Positions 25,882 through 38,800 of a stretch of 64,000 bases of DNA are shown here, piece by piece. The translations under genes and the position numbers were made by a program. This DNA comes from Chiloscyllium plagiosum. Taxonomy: Eukaryota. Under the pieces are notes generated by a model. That model was not told the origin of the DNA and ran no database searches. It saw nothing but the letters and a program-made list of their open reading frames with translations. The stretch lies in contig NC_057719.1 of assembly GCF_004010195.1 (NCBI RefSeq), positions 6,966,740 to 7,030,739 on the forward strand. The letters are read 5' to 3'. Within the stretch, counting starts at the first letter, position 1. Each line of letters opens with the position of its first letter.

Positions 25882-26806
25882 TGCTGGGTCCACTTCTTTT
25901 CATCATTTATATAAATGATTTGGATGTGAACATTAGAGGTGTAGTGGACCGTGAAGAAGGTTACCTCTGAGTACAACAGAATCTTGATCAGATGGGCCAA
26001 TGGGCTAAAGAGTGGCAGATGGAGTTTAATTTATAGACATGTAAGGTGCTGCATTTTGGGAAAGCAAATCTTAGCAGGACTTGTATACTTAATGGTAAGA
26101 TCCTAGGGAGTGTTGCTGAACAGAGACCTTGGAGTGCAGTTTCATAGTTTCTTGAAAGTAGAGTCGCAGGTAGATAGGATAGTGAAGGAGGTGTTTGGTA
26201 TGCTTTCCTTTATTGGTCAGAGTATTGAATATAGGAGTTGGGAGGTCATACTGCAGCTGTACAGAACGTTTGGAATATTGTGTGCAGTTCTGGTCTCCCT
26301 CCTGTAGTAAGGATGTTGTGAAACTTGAATGGGTTCAGAAAAGATTTAGAAGGATGTTGTCAGGGTTGGAGTATTTGAGTTATAGGGAGAGGTTGAAAAG
26401 GCTGGGGCTGTTTTCCCTGGAGCATCAGAGGCTGAGGAGTGTCCTTAGAGAGGCTTATAAATAGATAGGATAAATAGACAAGGGTCTTTTCCCTGGGACT
26501 GGGGGGGGTTCGGTTCCAGAACTAGAGGGCATATGTTGAGGGTGAGGGGGGAAAAATATAAAAGAGATGTAAGGGTTAACTTTTTCATACAGAAGGTGGC
26601 GCGTATATGGAATAATCTGCCAGAGGAAATGGTGGAGGCTGGTACAATTACTGCATTTAAACGGCATCTGGGTATGTGAATAGAAAGGGTTTAGAGGGAT
26701 GTAGGCCAAGTGCTGGCAAATGGAACTACATTCGGTGAGGATACCTGGTCGGCATGGACAAGTTGGACCGAAGGATCTGTTTCTGTGCTGTACATCTCTA
26801 TGACTT
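25882..26806 (+). mobile_element. 5'-truncated CR1 LINE
   Basis: RDLGVQFHSFLKVESQVD; LEYCVQFWSP; CR1 tail. Confidence 0.92.
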
Positions 26807-26844
26807 TATTACTCGAAAGGCAACTGTGCAAATCGTGACTTTGA

Positions 26845-27984
26845 GTAATTCAACAATTTCTTTTTTGAATCGTCTTACTTTGTCCAGACCAAAGGGGTAG
26901 CCATGGGCCCCAGCTATGCTTCTTCAGTTTCCTGAAGAAGGGCTTATGCCTGAAACGTCGATTCTCCTGTTCCTTGGATGCTGCCTGACCTGCTGCGCTT
27001 TTCCAGCAACACATTTTCATCCCAGCTATGCTTCCCTCTTTGGGTACGTGGAATCGTCTGTCTTCGCAGCTACTCTGGCACCTCGCCCTACCTCTCTCTC
27101 ACCCCACCCCCTGCTGTATCGGCGAGTTTGCTAACACATTCCACCCCGACCTTAAGTTCACCTGGACCATCTCTGACACCTTCCTCTCCTTCCCGGCCCC
27201 CTCCATTCTCATTTCCAGTGACCTACTCAACACTGTTATCTACTACAAACCCACCGACTCCCACAGCGACTTGGATTACACCCACTGTCTCCCATAAAAT
27301 CGCTATCCCATATTCCTAATTCCTCAGCCTCTGTTGCTTCTGTTCCCAGGAAGACCAATTCCATGACAAAACATCCCAGATGGCTTCCTCCTCCTTATTC
27401 TATCTCCTACTCCCACCAATGCCAACTCGCAGAACATTTCAGAGAACATCTCTGGGGCACATGCACCAAACAACCCCACTGCCCTGTAGCTGAACACTTT
27501 AACTCCCCCCTCCATTCCACCAAGGACATGCAAGTCCTGGGCTGTCTCCACCACCAAACCCTTACCACCCAATGCCTGGAGGGCGAATATCTCATCTTTT
27601 GCCTTGGGACCCCCCAGCCTCATGGGATCAATGTGGATTTCACCAGTTTCCTCATTTAGCTCCCCCTACCCCTCCCCCACCTTATCCCAGATCCAACTTT
27701 CCAACTCTACACCTGTCCCACCTGTCCATCTTCCTTCTCACCTATCCACTCTGCCCTCCTTTCTCACCTATCACCTTCACCCACCTATCGCTTTCTCAGC
27801 CACCCCCCCCTCCCCCTCCCATTTATTTCTTAGCCCCTTTCGGCCATAAGCCTCATTCTTGATGAAGAGCTTATGCTCAATGTCAACTCTCCTCTCCTCG
27901 GATGTTGCCTGAACAGCTGTGCTTTTATAGCACCATGCTCCTTGATTCTAATCTCCAGCATCTGCAATCCTCACTTTCTCCTGA
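26845..27984 (+). mobile_element. internally deleted PLE (family A parent): RT and GIY-YIG remnants plus pseudo-LTR
   Basis: QTKGVAMG.PSYA, FHPDLKFTWTIS, YYKPTDSHS.LDY, HCPVAEHFNSP.HS. Confidence 0.85.
26923..27020 (+). mobile_element. 98-bp hammerhead-bearing family A insertion inside the PLE RT
   Basis: 14-bp TSD cccagctatgcttc at 26909-26922 and 27021-27034; CUGAAGA a GGGC-uuau-GCCU GAAA cg UC. Confidence 0.85.
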
Positions 27985-28450
27985 TTTTTAATTTTGCCCA
28001 CCCAAGTCCAACATGGGCTCTTCCACATAATAAGAAAAATTAGGGAAGGGCTTCCAACTTGTGGCCACAGCAGTCGAAGACATGGCCACTGGTGAAGTGA
28101 TTTAAAATGTCATTGTGCAAGGTACCAGAATTAGAGAGCATTAGAAATCTTGGAGGGTTGCTAGGCTGGTGAAGATGAGATTGAGGGGTGATAGTATAGA
28201 TGGTTTAAAGCAGGATTAGAATTTCAAATTCAAGGCTTTGTCTGACCTGGCCAGTGCAAGTCAATTAGCTGAAAGGTGATAGGTGATTGAAACTTCGTGT
28301 GACTTGGGAATTAGTAGCAAAGATTGTGATAAGAAATTGTCAGATTATCTGAAGTCTTTTTAAATATATACCAACAAACATTCTGCAGAAAGGGCTGTGG
28401 GATCATGTTCAAATAACGACCACAATCAGTGAGTGGCGAAAATAGCCTTT

Positions 28451-28620
28451 TACAGGGGAACCTCGATTATCAGAACGAGATGGGCGGGCACAATTTCGTT
28501 AGGATAATTGATTATTCGGTTAATTGATTCAGTGCCTTTCCTCTGGGGCTCACTTTTCTATTAAGTCTGCTCTCTGCAGCACAGCGTGCGCAAGCCCTCG
28601 TCTGCCCCCCCCCCATTATT
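28451..28620 (+). mobile_element. Tc1/mariner (Tigger-like) DNA transposon end
   Basis: TA-CAGGGGAACCTCGATTATC terminal motif; no clear partner TIR. Confidence 0.45.
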
Positions 28621-29882
28621 ATGGTGTGACATTTTTTTATCTATAGTACACAAAGGTTTGAAGAACTTCTGTCCTGGGACACAGGAGATGGGTTAAAGTA
28701 TATGCTCAGTGCTGGCTGTTAGATCTGGCGGATTAAGGATGTCTGTCTGATTTGCTTGCATAATCGAGATGTTCGTTCTTTTGTCTTTTAAATTAGTAAA
28801 TGTTAGTGAAATTCTAGGCCTATATGCTCGAAATAAGAAAGGATATTAAACTTATTACTGCAGTTGGGTTGTGAGATTTATTTACTATTTGTCTGTATGA
28901 GTTTCTTTCTTTCATTCATTCATTCGTGCAATTTTGTGGAAGCATGGGTTTTGTCAGTTTCTTAAAGGGATAATGGCCCAGTTAAAAGTTATTTAACAGC
29001 TACTTAATCTATTCAGGTCCAGGAGACCATGGGCTGATTAATATTATAATATTTTGTGGAGACTTGATGGGGATGGCATTGTTCTGTATGCTAAACTTTT
29101 TCAGAGGTAAACAAGGGCTGATGACATGTGAAAATGCATTAAAATATAGCAAGCTGGTGAGTGAGTTAATAAGGATAACCAATAATACAATATCTCAAAA
29201 CAAAAGATCTCTCAGGGCAGTGCAGAATTCAGATAGTTACTGATTTTATATACAATCTCAGAAGATGACTATTAGTCTGGTTCATCTTTGTCTATCGTAG
29301 GACTATCTAATTTGTTTCACCACTTTGCTCTTAGCCCCATAGCCCTAAATTATTTTTTTCCAAGTACATGCAATTGCTTTTGGATATTGAATCTGCTTCC
29401 ACCACCCTTTCAAATGAATCAAAATTATCTCTCCCAAGGATCTTTGCTTGTCATCTTGGTTCATTGTTCTTTACTCAAGTGGAAACAGTTTTTCTCACTT
29501 CTATCAAAATCCAAAAAGGTTTGAAAGGAGTTAAATCTCCCCTCCTTATACTCTGCTCTAACAAGAAGAAATCCTGCCTTCTTTGTGGGTTCACTTATGT
29601 GTAGAAAGTATTCATTCTTGGCATCATTCTTGGTATCAAACTAGTAAATCTCTTTTGCCCGTCTTACAAATCATCATATAGTGTGATTTCTAGCATTGGA
29701 CTGTATTCCACCTGAGAGATAAACAATGATTTATTAAGATTAACCTTTATTCAGCTGCCAATGTGTATTGAAACAGTTGAATGCTCACTTTCAGTTGAGC
29801 AAATGCATTGCTGAAGAATTACGTTGCATGTTCTGATTTGGAGTCAGTGATTTTAAATTTTAAGGAAATCTTCCACCTAATT

Positions 29883-30202
29883 TGGGCAGCATGCTGGCTC
29901 AGTGGTTAGCACTGCTGCCTCTCAGCACCAGAGACCCGCGTTTGACTCCCACCTTGGGCAGCTGTCTGTGTGGAGTTTGCACGTTCTTCCCGTGTCTGGG
30001 TGGGTTTCCTCCGGATGCTCCAGTTTCCTCCCAAAATCCAAAGACGTGCAGGTCGGGCGCATTGACCATGCTAAATTGCCCATAGTGTCAGGGGTAAATA
30101 TAGGGTGGAGGAATGGGTATGGGTGGGTTACTCTTCGGAGTGTCAGTGTGGACTTGTTGGACCGAAAGGCCTGTTTCCGTACTATAGGGAAATCTAATCT
30201 AT
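29883..30202 (+). mobile_element. HE1-like SINE
   Basis: tRNA head, V-domain, aatct tail. Confidence 0.92.
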
Positions 30203-30512
30203 TTTCTGAATGGTCAGTTGTACATTTAAATAAAAAATCTCTAAAACCACTGATATTCCAACTTGCCAACTTCATTTAGTTTAACCATTGGATGACATAA
30301 GACTAACACCCAGCCACATTGTAATATTAGTTATAAACTGGGTTTGATACTTTTTGCACAGTCTTATCTATATGGTTTAATGCAGCTCATTCAATGTTCT
30401 GTTACTGATTTTGGGAGTTGAGAATTTGGGATATATAGTTTAATATGTTTGAAAAATTGATTGCGATGATTACTTCACCCAGAAAGCATCTATCAGGTTA
30501 ATTTTCTCATGT

Positions 30513-30824
30513 GGGTGGCACGGTGGCTCAGTGGTTAGAACTGCTGCCTCCTCTGACCAGGGTCCCAGGTTTGATTCCAGCCTTGGGGGATTGTTTGTGT
30601 GGAGTTTGCACGTTCTTCCCGGGTCTGCGTGGGTTTCCTCCGGGTGCTCCGGTTTCCTCCCACAGTCCAAAGATGTGCAGGTCAGGTGAATTTGCTAAAT
30701 TGCCTATAGTGTTAGGTGTATTAGTCAGAGGGAATTGGGTCAGGGTGGGTTACTCTTCGGAGATTTGGTGTGGACTTGTTGGGCCAAAGGGCCTGTTTCC
30801 ACACTGTAGGGAATCTAATCTTAA
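30513..30824 (+). mobile_element. HE1-like SINE
   Basis: tRNA head, V-domain, aatct tail. Confidence 0.92.
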
Positions 30825-31037
30825 TTTGTTGAGAAATTCCCTCTTTCCAAGTCATGAGGACCTTCAGATGTTTTATTTTTCATGTTTAGTGCTGCTCACT
30901 TGGTGTTGGTTATGATGTTTGACAGACTTATTTGTGCCTGGGCACTTGGACAGCCCATGTGCCAGAATTGTACTTCAGTTTCCAAATTGATTATTTCATA
31001 TAGCAAAGTTTTTGATTAGACTGTAAGATTTAGAACA

Positions 31038-31255
31038 AGGAGAAAGTGAGGACTGCAGATGCTGGAGAACAGAATCGAAGAGAGTGGTGTTGGAAAGGTG
31101 CAGCTGGTCAGGCAGCATCTGAGGAGCAGGAGAATTGACCTTTCAGGCATAAGTACTTAAGGAATCCTGATGAAGGGCTTATACCTGAAATGTCGATTCT
31201 CCTCCTCTGATGCTGCTTGTCTGGCTGATCTTTTTCAGCACCACATTCTTCAATA
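31038..31255. mobile_element. PLE family A fold-back insertion
   Basis: Inverted arms; TSD taagat(t/a)tagaa at 31024-31035 and 31256-31267; ggaauc-CUGAUGA...GAAAugUC-gauucu hammerhead-like motif at 31161-31200. Confidence 0.8.
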
Positions 31256-31765
31256 TAAGATATAGAAACAGAATTAGGCTGTTAGGTCCATCAAGTCTTC
31301 ATTGAGTGGACCTCCTCTGATCTGCTACCTATGCAACAATATCTTACCTCAAGAGGACCAAAACTGTGCCCAGTACTCCAGGTGCCATCTCACTAAAACC
31401 TTGTAAAGTTGCAGCAACACTTCCCAATTTCATACTGTATTTGATTAGCAATAAATGCCAAAATTCCATTTGCCTTCCTTATTAGCTGCTGTAATCTGCA
31501 TGCAGTTTTCTGTAATGTATACATGAGGACACCCAGTACCCTCTGCATCAAAGCACTTTGAAAGTTCTCCCCATTCAGGTAATATTTTGCCATTTTATCC
31601 TTCTGACCAAAATGGATAACCTGAAACTTATCCACGTTAAATTTCATGTGTTTAATTTTGGCCCATTCACCTAATCTATCAATATCCACTTGTAATTTTT
31701 CTTTATTGCAACTTACTTTCCCACCTATTTTAGTACTCTCAGCAGATTTGGCAGTTGTACCAAAT

Positions 31766-33345
31766 TTAGTCTCACCAGGGACTTGTGGAGCTGTAGCAAA
31801 ACCTCTCTGCTCTTAAACTCAATCCCCCTGTTAATGAAAGCCAAAACACTATAGGCTTTCTTAACAACCCTATCCACTTGGGTGACAACTTTGAGGGATC
31901 TGTGTACTTGCATATCCAGATCCCTCTGTTCCTCCACACTGCCAAGAATCCTGCCTTTAATTCTATATTCAGCATTCGAGTTAGACTAAAACGTCTGTGG
32001 TCAGCAAAATTTTGGGAAAAATTTTGAGGGATAGGATTTATGACTATTTGGCAAAGCATAGTGTGATTAAAGGCAGTTAGCATGGCTCTGTGAGGGACAG
32101 GTCATGCCTCACAAATCTTATTGAGTTCTTTGAGGAGGTGACAAGACAGATTGACAACAGTTGAGCAGTGGATGTGGTGTATATGGACTTCAGCAAGGCA
32201 TTTGATAAGGTTCCCCATGGTAGGCTCATTCATAAAGTCAGGAAGTATGGGATACTGGGAGATTTGGCTATCTGGATTCAGAATTGGCTGGCTGACAGAA
32301 GGCAGAGAATGGTTGCAGATGGAAAGTATTCTGCCTGGAGGTCTGCCTGCAGGACTCTTTTCTTGGGCCTCTGCTCTTTGTAACTCTTATAAATGACTTG
32401 GCTGAGGAGGTTGAGGGTGGGTTAGTAAATTTGCCGATAATACTCAAAGGTTGGAGGTGTCGTCAATAGTACAGAGGGCTACTGCAGGCTGCAGCGCGAC
32501 ATAGACAGGATGCAGAGCTGGGCTGAGAATTTGCAGATGGAGTTCAACCTGGATAAATGCAAAGTGATGCATTTTGGAAGGTCGAACTCAAATGCTGAAT
32601 ATAGGATTAAAGACCGATTCTTCGAAATGTGGAGGAACAGAGGGATCTGGGTGTGCAAGTACATAGGTCCCTCAAAGTTGCCACCTAAGTGGATAGGGTT
32701 GTTTAGAAAACATATGATGTTTTGGCTTTCATTAACAAGGGGATTGAATTTAAGGGCTGTGAGGTTTTGCTGTAGCTCTACAAGTCCCTGGTGAGACCAC
32801 ACTTGGAATATTGTGTCCAGTTCTGGTCGTCTTACTAGAGGAAAGATATAGTGGCTTTGGAGAGGGTGCAAAGAATGTTTACCAGGATGCTGTCTGGACT
32901 GGAGGGCTTATCTTATGAAGAAAAGTTGAATAAGCTCAGACTTTTCTCTCTGGAGAGGAGGAGGAAGAGAGGAGACCTGATCGAGGTATACAAGATAATG
33001 AGAGGGATAGATAGAGTCAGTAGCCAGAGACCTTTCCCCAGGGTAGGATTGACTGATACAAGGAGTTACAGTTTGAAGATATTAGGAGGAAGGTATAAAG
33101 GAGATGTCAGAGGTGGGTTCTTTACGCAGAGAGTTTGTGAATGCATGGAATGCATTGCCAGCGGTGGTGGTGGAAGTAGAGTCATTGGGGACATTTAAGC
33201 GACTGCTGGCCATGCACAAGGATAGCAGTGAGTTGAGGGGTGCGTAGGTTAAGTTAGTATATTTTACATTAGGATTAACCTCGGTGCAACACCGTGAGCC
33301 AAATGGCCTGTTCCGTGCTGTACTTTTCTATGTTCTCTGTTCTAC
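31766..33345 (+). mobile_element. CR1 LINE preceded by an inverted internal segment
   Basis: Plus body 31983-33345 (DFSKAFDKVPH...tail); 31766-31982 is an antisense copy of 32585-32797. Confidence 0.88.
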
Positions 33346-33378
33346 CTCTATCCTAGCATCCAAATCATTAATGTAGAA

Positions 33379-33720
33379 TGGGATCTCATAGAAACTTATA
33401 AAACTCTAACAGGACTAGACAGGAGAAACACAAGAAGGACATTCCTAATTACCATTGAATCCAGAACGAGAAGTCATTGTCTAAAAAGATGGGGTAGGTC
33501 ATTTAGGACTGAAAGAACAAGCGATTTCTTCATCCAGAGAGTGGTGAGCCAAAATGTGTGAATGTTTTCAGGAAGGAATTTTGTATCGATATTTAGGCTA
33601 AAAGGGTCAAAAGGTATGGGGAGAAAGCAGGAAGAGGGTATGGAGTTGAATGATCAGCCATGATCATTTTAAATGATGGTGCAGGCCCATTAGTTTATTC
33701 CTGCTCCTATTTTCTACATT
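33379..33720 (+). mobile_element. LINE 3' end (CR1/L2-clade)
   Basis: GDLIETYK-like segment and ...cctgctcctatttt tail. Confidence 0.7.
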
Positions 33721-35363
33721 TTATCTAAACTGCTTGCGGCCACCTCAAATAACACTAAATTGTCAGACATGATTTCAACTTCATGAAGGTATGTTGACTC
33801 CATTTGATCATGTCATTCGAAGTGCATTGCCATGACGTCCTTTTTCTGTTGCCTGTCCCCTTTTCGAATATGGATATTACATTGGCAGTTTCTCAAGCCA
33901 CTGGGACATTTACAGAATCTAATGATTTTTAGGAGAAACCAGCGCATCCATTTTCTTTGTAGCTGCTTCCTTTAAAATTTTAAGATGCAACCCATTTGAT
34001 TCAGGAAAATTATTAGCCGTTAGCCTCATCATTTTTCCTAATACATATTCTTCAGTGGCAGTTATTGGGTTTGTTCCCCTACACATGCATACCCTTAACC
34101 ATTTAACAGTTTTGGAATGCTCCTAATGTCCACGACAGTGAAGGTTGCTGCAAAGTATATGTTCACCTCCTCTGCCATTTCCTGGTCCCCCATTATCATT
34201 TTTCCTACCCGTTTCTCTTATTAACAAAGCTATTCTGCTACACTTACCTTTTTTGCCTGTTCTTTCACATGTCATATTTCCTTAAATGGTAAATTTGCTC
34301 TCCCTGTCTCTCTTGCCCCACCTTCCCACCCCAACTCCTGGTTATGCGCGTGCGTCATGAATCATTGACTCTGGTAATTACACATGCACACATCACTTCA
34401 CACAGCTTTTGGAGAGAAGAGTATCTTGTTAACGGCAAGAGATTTGATATGATGGAGAATTGCCCTGTACCATATGGGATGCTCTACATATGGATTGAAA
34501 TGAGGGGCTGTAAGATCATTTTACTTAGAAAATTCTGACCAATTTGGGGATACTTAGAATGCACTCTGCTTTTATGTATGCAATTTTTTCAAGCTTACTG
34601 AAAGACAAAAAACACAGAGTATAGCGTTACTGAGATACAAATGGTAGAAATATTGTAAATTTTGTCCTGCCAATCCTGCTAAATGTCAGTTATCTTTCCA
34701 CCTGCTCAAGATAGTGGTGAAATAGTAATGGTACTGTTGTTAGTACCTACTATACTAACTGTTACCTTAATTTTTTAAAAATTCGTTTATGTAGTGTAAT
34801 GCTCACATTATCCCCATCTCCTCAGACCTGGATCAGACAGTACAAGTACTATCCTCTTCTGAAACTGAAAATTTACCATAAATGCAGTTGGTAGAAGCTG
34901 GCTGGCAAGAGTTAATATGTCATAACTACATTTGTGTAATGGAAATAAGTTGAGTGATGACTTGACATCAAATGGCTTGGGCTAATTTGCCTTTCTCATG
35001 CTGGGTTTAGAAATTCTTGAGCTGGAATATTTTAAGAGTGCATTTTAAAAGTTCAAATAAACAGAAAAAAGAAAATGTTGGTCTTGATTCTGAGGAACTT
35101 TACAGATTTGTTTTCGAAAGGTCAAATGGTGAAACTTATCTTTAATTGTTTATTCGGTGTGTTGCATAATAATGGATTAACGTTGCATTGAGTCCTTTCC
35201 TCGTTCGGATTTTGGTTTTCAAAGAATTACATTTCAATTACCCCACCAAATCTTTGACCAATGCTGTATTGTTCATTGCATTGCATTAAAGAGTCAGTGC
35301 TCTTGAGTACCCAGAAATTTAAATGACTGCAACAATTGTTTGCACAGCTCTGCATTGATTTCC

Positions 35364-35622
35364 ATAATGTGGCAGTATCTGTGTTGGAATGGGGTAGACA
35401 AGGTCAGAAGTCAGGAGAAAGTGAGGTCTGCGGATGTTGGAGATCAGAGTTGAGTGTGTGTTGCTGGAAAAGCACAGCAGGTCAGGCAGCATCTGAGGAG
35501 CAGGAAAATAGACATTTCGGGCATAAGGCCTTCATCAGGAATGAGGGTCAGAAGTCATATGACACTAGGTTACAATCCAACAAATTTTAAAATTGCAAGC
35601 TTTCTGAGCACTGCACCTTCAG
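35364..35622 (-). mobile_element. PLE family B 3' end interrupted by a family A insertion (35414-35545)
   Basis: 12-bp TSD ggtcagaagtca at 35402-35413 and 35546-35557. Confidence 0.8.
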
Positions 35623-35636
35623 TCGAGCAAAGAGAA

Positions 35637-36458
35637 GCAGATGGGCCAATGGGCTGAGAAGTAGCAGATGGAGTTTAATTCAGATAAATGTGAGGTTGTG
35701 CATTTTGGGAAATCAAATCTGAGCAGGACTTATACACTTAATTGTAAGGTCCTCGGAAGTGTTGCTGAACAAAGAGACCTTAAAGTGCAGGTTCGTAGTT
35801 CCTTAAGTGGAGTTGCAGGTAGATAGGATAGTGAAGGCGGCATTTGGTATGCTTTCCTTTATTGGTTAGAGTATTGAGTACAGGAGTTGGGAGGTCATGA
35901 TGCAGCTGTGCAAGATATCGGTTAGACCACTTTTGGAATATTGCGTGCAATTCTGGTCTCCTTTCTATCGGAAAGATGTTGTGAAACTTGAAAGGGTTCA
36001 GAAAAGATTTACAAGAATGTAGCCAAGGTTGGAGGATTTGAGCTATAGGGAGAGGCTGAATAAGTAGGAGCATTGGAGGCTGAGAGGTGACGTTTATAGA
36101 GGTTTATAAAATCATGAGCACAAATAGGATAAATATACAAAGTCTCTTCCTTGGGGTGAGGGAGTCCAGAACTAGAGGGCATAGGTTTAGGGTGACAGGG
36201 GAAAGATATGAAAGAGACCTGAGGGACAACTTTTTCACACACAGGGTGGTACGTGTATGGAATGAGCTGCCAGAGGAAATGGTGGAGGCTGGTACAATTA
36301 CAACATTTAAAAGGCATCTGGATGGGCATATGAATAGGAAGGGTTTGGAGGGATATGGGCCGGGTGCTGGCAGGTGGGACTAGATTGGGTTGGGATATCT
36401 GGTCGGCATGGTCGGGTTGGACCGAAGGGTCTGTTTCCATGCTGTACATCTCTATGAC
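35637..36458 (+). mobile_element. 5'-truncated CR1 LINE
   Basis: FIEVYKIM...RTRGH...FFTHRVVRVWNELP; CR1 tail. Confidence 0.92.
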
Positions 36459-36753
36459 ATACTGTAAAGGCACAGAGATTAAAAGATTGTACAAATGGTG
36501 TGAATGGAGTGTCAACAGGCTGAATAATAAGTCTCTCCAGGTGATAAAAAGTGTCAGAGGGTGAATAAAGTGTCAATAACTGAATAACAAATGAAAGGAT
36601 GACCAATGATCTGATTAATTGAGGCAGAGAGATTAAAAATATTAAAAATAACGTGGTATAGGAAACAAACTAAATGGCTGGAGTAACATGATAGGTGCTG
36701 AAAATGTGTTGCTGGAAAAGCGCAGCAGGTCAGGCAGCATCCAAGGAACAGGA

Positions 36754-36791
36754 GAATCGACGTTTCGGGCATGAGCCCTTCTTCAGGAATG
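36754..36791 (-). ncRNA. minimal type I hammerhead ribozyme motif
   Basis: Minus strand: cauuc CUGAAGA a GGGC-ucau-GCCC GAAA cg UC gauuc. Confidence 0.75.
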
Positions 36792-37270
36792 AGGAACGTG
36801 TGCCAAGCAGGCTAAGATAAAAGGTAGGGAGGAGGGACTTGGGGAAGGGGCATTGGAAATGCGATAGGTGGAAGGAGGTTAAGGTGATGGTGATAAGCCG
36901 GAGTTGGAGGTGGGGGCGGAGAGCTCAGGAAGAAGATTGCAGGTTAGGAAGGTGGTGCTGAGTTCGAGGGTTGGGACTGAGACAAGGTGGGGGGAGGGGA
37001 AATGAGGAAACTGGAGAAATCTGATTTCATCCCTTGTGGTTGGAGGGTTCCTAGGCAGAAGATGAGGCGCTCTTCCTCAATCCGTCATGTTGCTATGGTC
37101 TGGTGATGGAGGAGTCCAAGGACCTGCATGTCCTTGGTGGAGTGGGAGGGGGAATTGAAGTGTTGAGCCATGGGGTGGTTGGGTTGGTAGGTCCGGGTGT
37201 CCCAGAGGTGTTCTCTGAAACGTTCAGCTCCCCCCTACCTTTTATCTCAGCCCGCTTGGCACACCAGCCT

Positions 37271-37308
37271 CATTCCTGAAGAAGGGCTTATGTCCGAAAC
37301 GTCGATTC
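37271..37308 (+). ncRNA. minimal type I hammerhead ribozyme motif
   Basis: cauuc CUGAAGA a GGGC-uuau-GUCC GAAA cg UC gauuc. Confidence 0.7.
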
Positions 37309-38476
37309 TCCTGCTCCTCGGATGCTGCCTGGCCTGCTGTGTTTTTTCAGCACCACATTTTTCAACTCTGGTCTCCAGCATCTGCAGTCCTCACTTTTTC
37401 CAACTTGATCCCTGTGCCAACTCTTTTTCAAATTTTTGGAGGTGGGTATGAAGAAGAGATGTTTAACTGTTGTATATTTTTGATTTGGCACCTGTAAAAC
37501 ACATATATTTCAGTAGAATGAAAGTGCACTGTAGCATGTCCTGAAGGCAAGTGACTTAAGTGCCATGTAGCCCATGCTTATGCTGTATCTGCCTCTTCAT
37601 TTCAGAAACTGTAAAGATGATGTATGTTGTGCACACAGTGAAATACTTTTAACCTCTATGAAATATTTATTTTGATAAAATTACCATCATTTATAGTCAA
37701 AACTCTTCTCTTCATTCAAATCTCTAATGATGGCTGTCCCTAATAGAAACAACTAATCCAAAGCAATTTAGAGCTGTTGAAGTACCTTTTAAGTGTAGTC
37801 ATTATGTCCTGCTGCGAAATGCAGCAGTTAAGTTTATGGTTGCTGTGATGTGCAGTATTTGAGACCATGGTGGATGGATGCAAATTCAGTTGTAACTTTC
37901 AAAAGGGACTTGGATAAGCACTTGGAGGAAGAATGGCTACTGGGAGTGTGTTAGGGAGTGAAACTAGCTTAATTACTCTCTCAAAGAACTGGCACAGACT
38001 TTGGCTCAGTGGTCTTTTGTGCTACAACCACAACTGGAGTGTTGGACTTGAAACTGTTTTGGCATCAGCAATAACTTTGGCCTTTTCAGTGAAGTCCCTT
38101 TTCTATTAACAGATTAAAAAGCAAGGCACGCAGTAGAAGCTTACCAGGAGTTGTTACTAGCACCACTGATTTTCTTGATAAATGTTAATCATTTAGGTCA
38201 AGAAATGCTGGCTGTAATTTCAAAGCTGCAGATGATAAAGAAGATGGAGGTATAGTAAACCATTAGGAATATAAGCAATGGTCACCAAAGCATGTAGTTT
38301 AGTCAGACATATAGCAAATGAAATTGACTGACTGCAGAGAAATATGAATTGTTACCTTTTGGTGGGAGTGAGAGAATAAGCAAGGTAAAATGAGGAAAAT
38401 GATTGTAAGAAGGCTGCACAAGCAAAGAAACCTGTTGGGAAATGTACACATTTGCCTGTGGTTAGTTGAGAAATAG

Positions 38477-38800
38477 GGGCAGCATGGTGAAACAGTGGTT
38501 AACGCTGCTGCCTCACAGTGCCAGGGCCTCGGCTTCGATTCCGGCCTCGGGTGACTGGAATTTGCACATTCTCTGTGTCTGATGGGTTTCTGCTGCATGC
38601 TCCAGTTCCATTCTGCAGTCCAGAAACGTTCAGGATAGGTAGATTGGCCATGCTATATTGTTCATAGTGTCCAGAGATGTGGAGGTTAGGTGGATTAGCT
38701 GTGGTCCGTGCAGAGTTACAGGGATAGGGTGGGGAAGTGATTCTAGGTAAGATGCTGTTCGGAGGGCCTCTGTTTGCGCACTAGGAATTCTATGATTTTA
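38477..38800 (+). mobile_element. older HE1-like SINE inside an old LINE fragment
   Basis: tRNA head ggggcagcatggtg...cagtggtt and V-domain. Confidence 0.85.

Larger units (their letters stand above)
31256..34220 (-). mobile_element. old CR1/L2-clade LINE fragmented by later insertions
   Basis: DIDRLGEWAK..MKFNVDKFQVIHFG at 31393-31689; further pieces at 33344-33378 and 33740-34220. Confidence 0.7.
36697..37402. mobile_element. PLE family A 3' region with inverted pseudo-LTR
   Basis: Minus segment 36697-37225 (GIY-YIG tail, UTR, pLTR) followed by plus pLTR 37226-37402. Confidence 0.85.

Noticed and set aside
29883..29960. tRNA genes at SINE heads
   Set aside because: The A/B-box regions run into the V-domain and LINE tail without a complete cloverleaf; they are SINE promoters.
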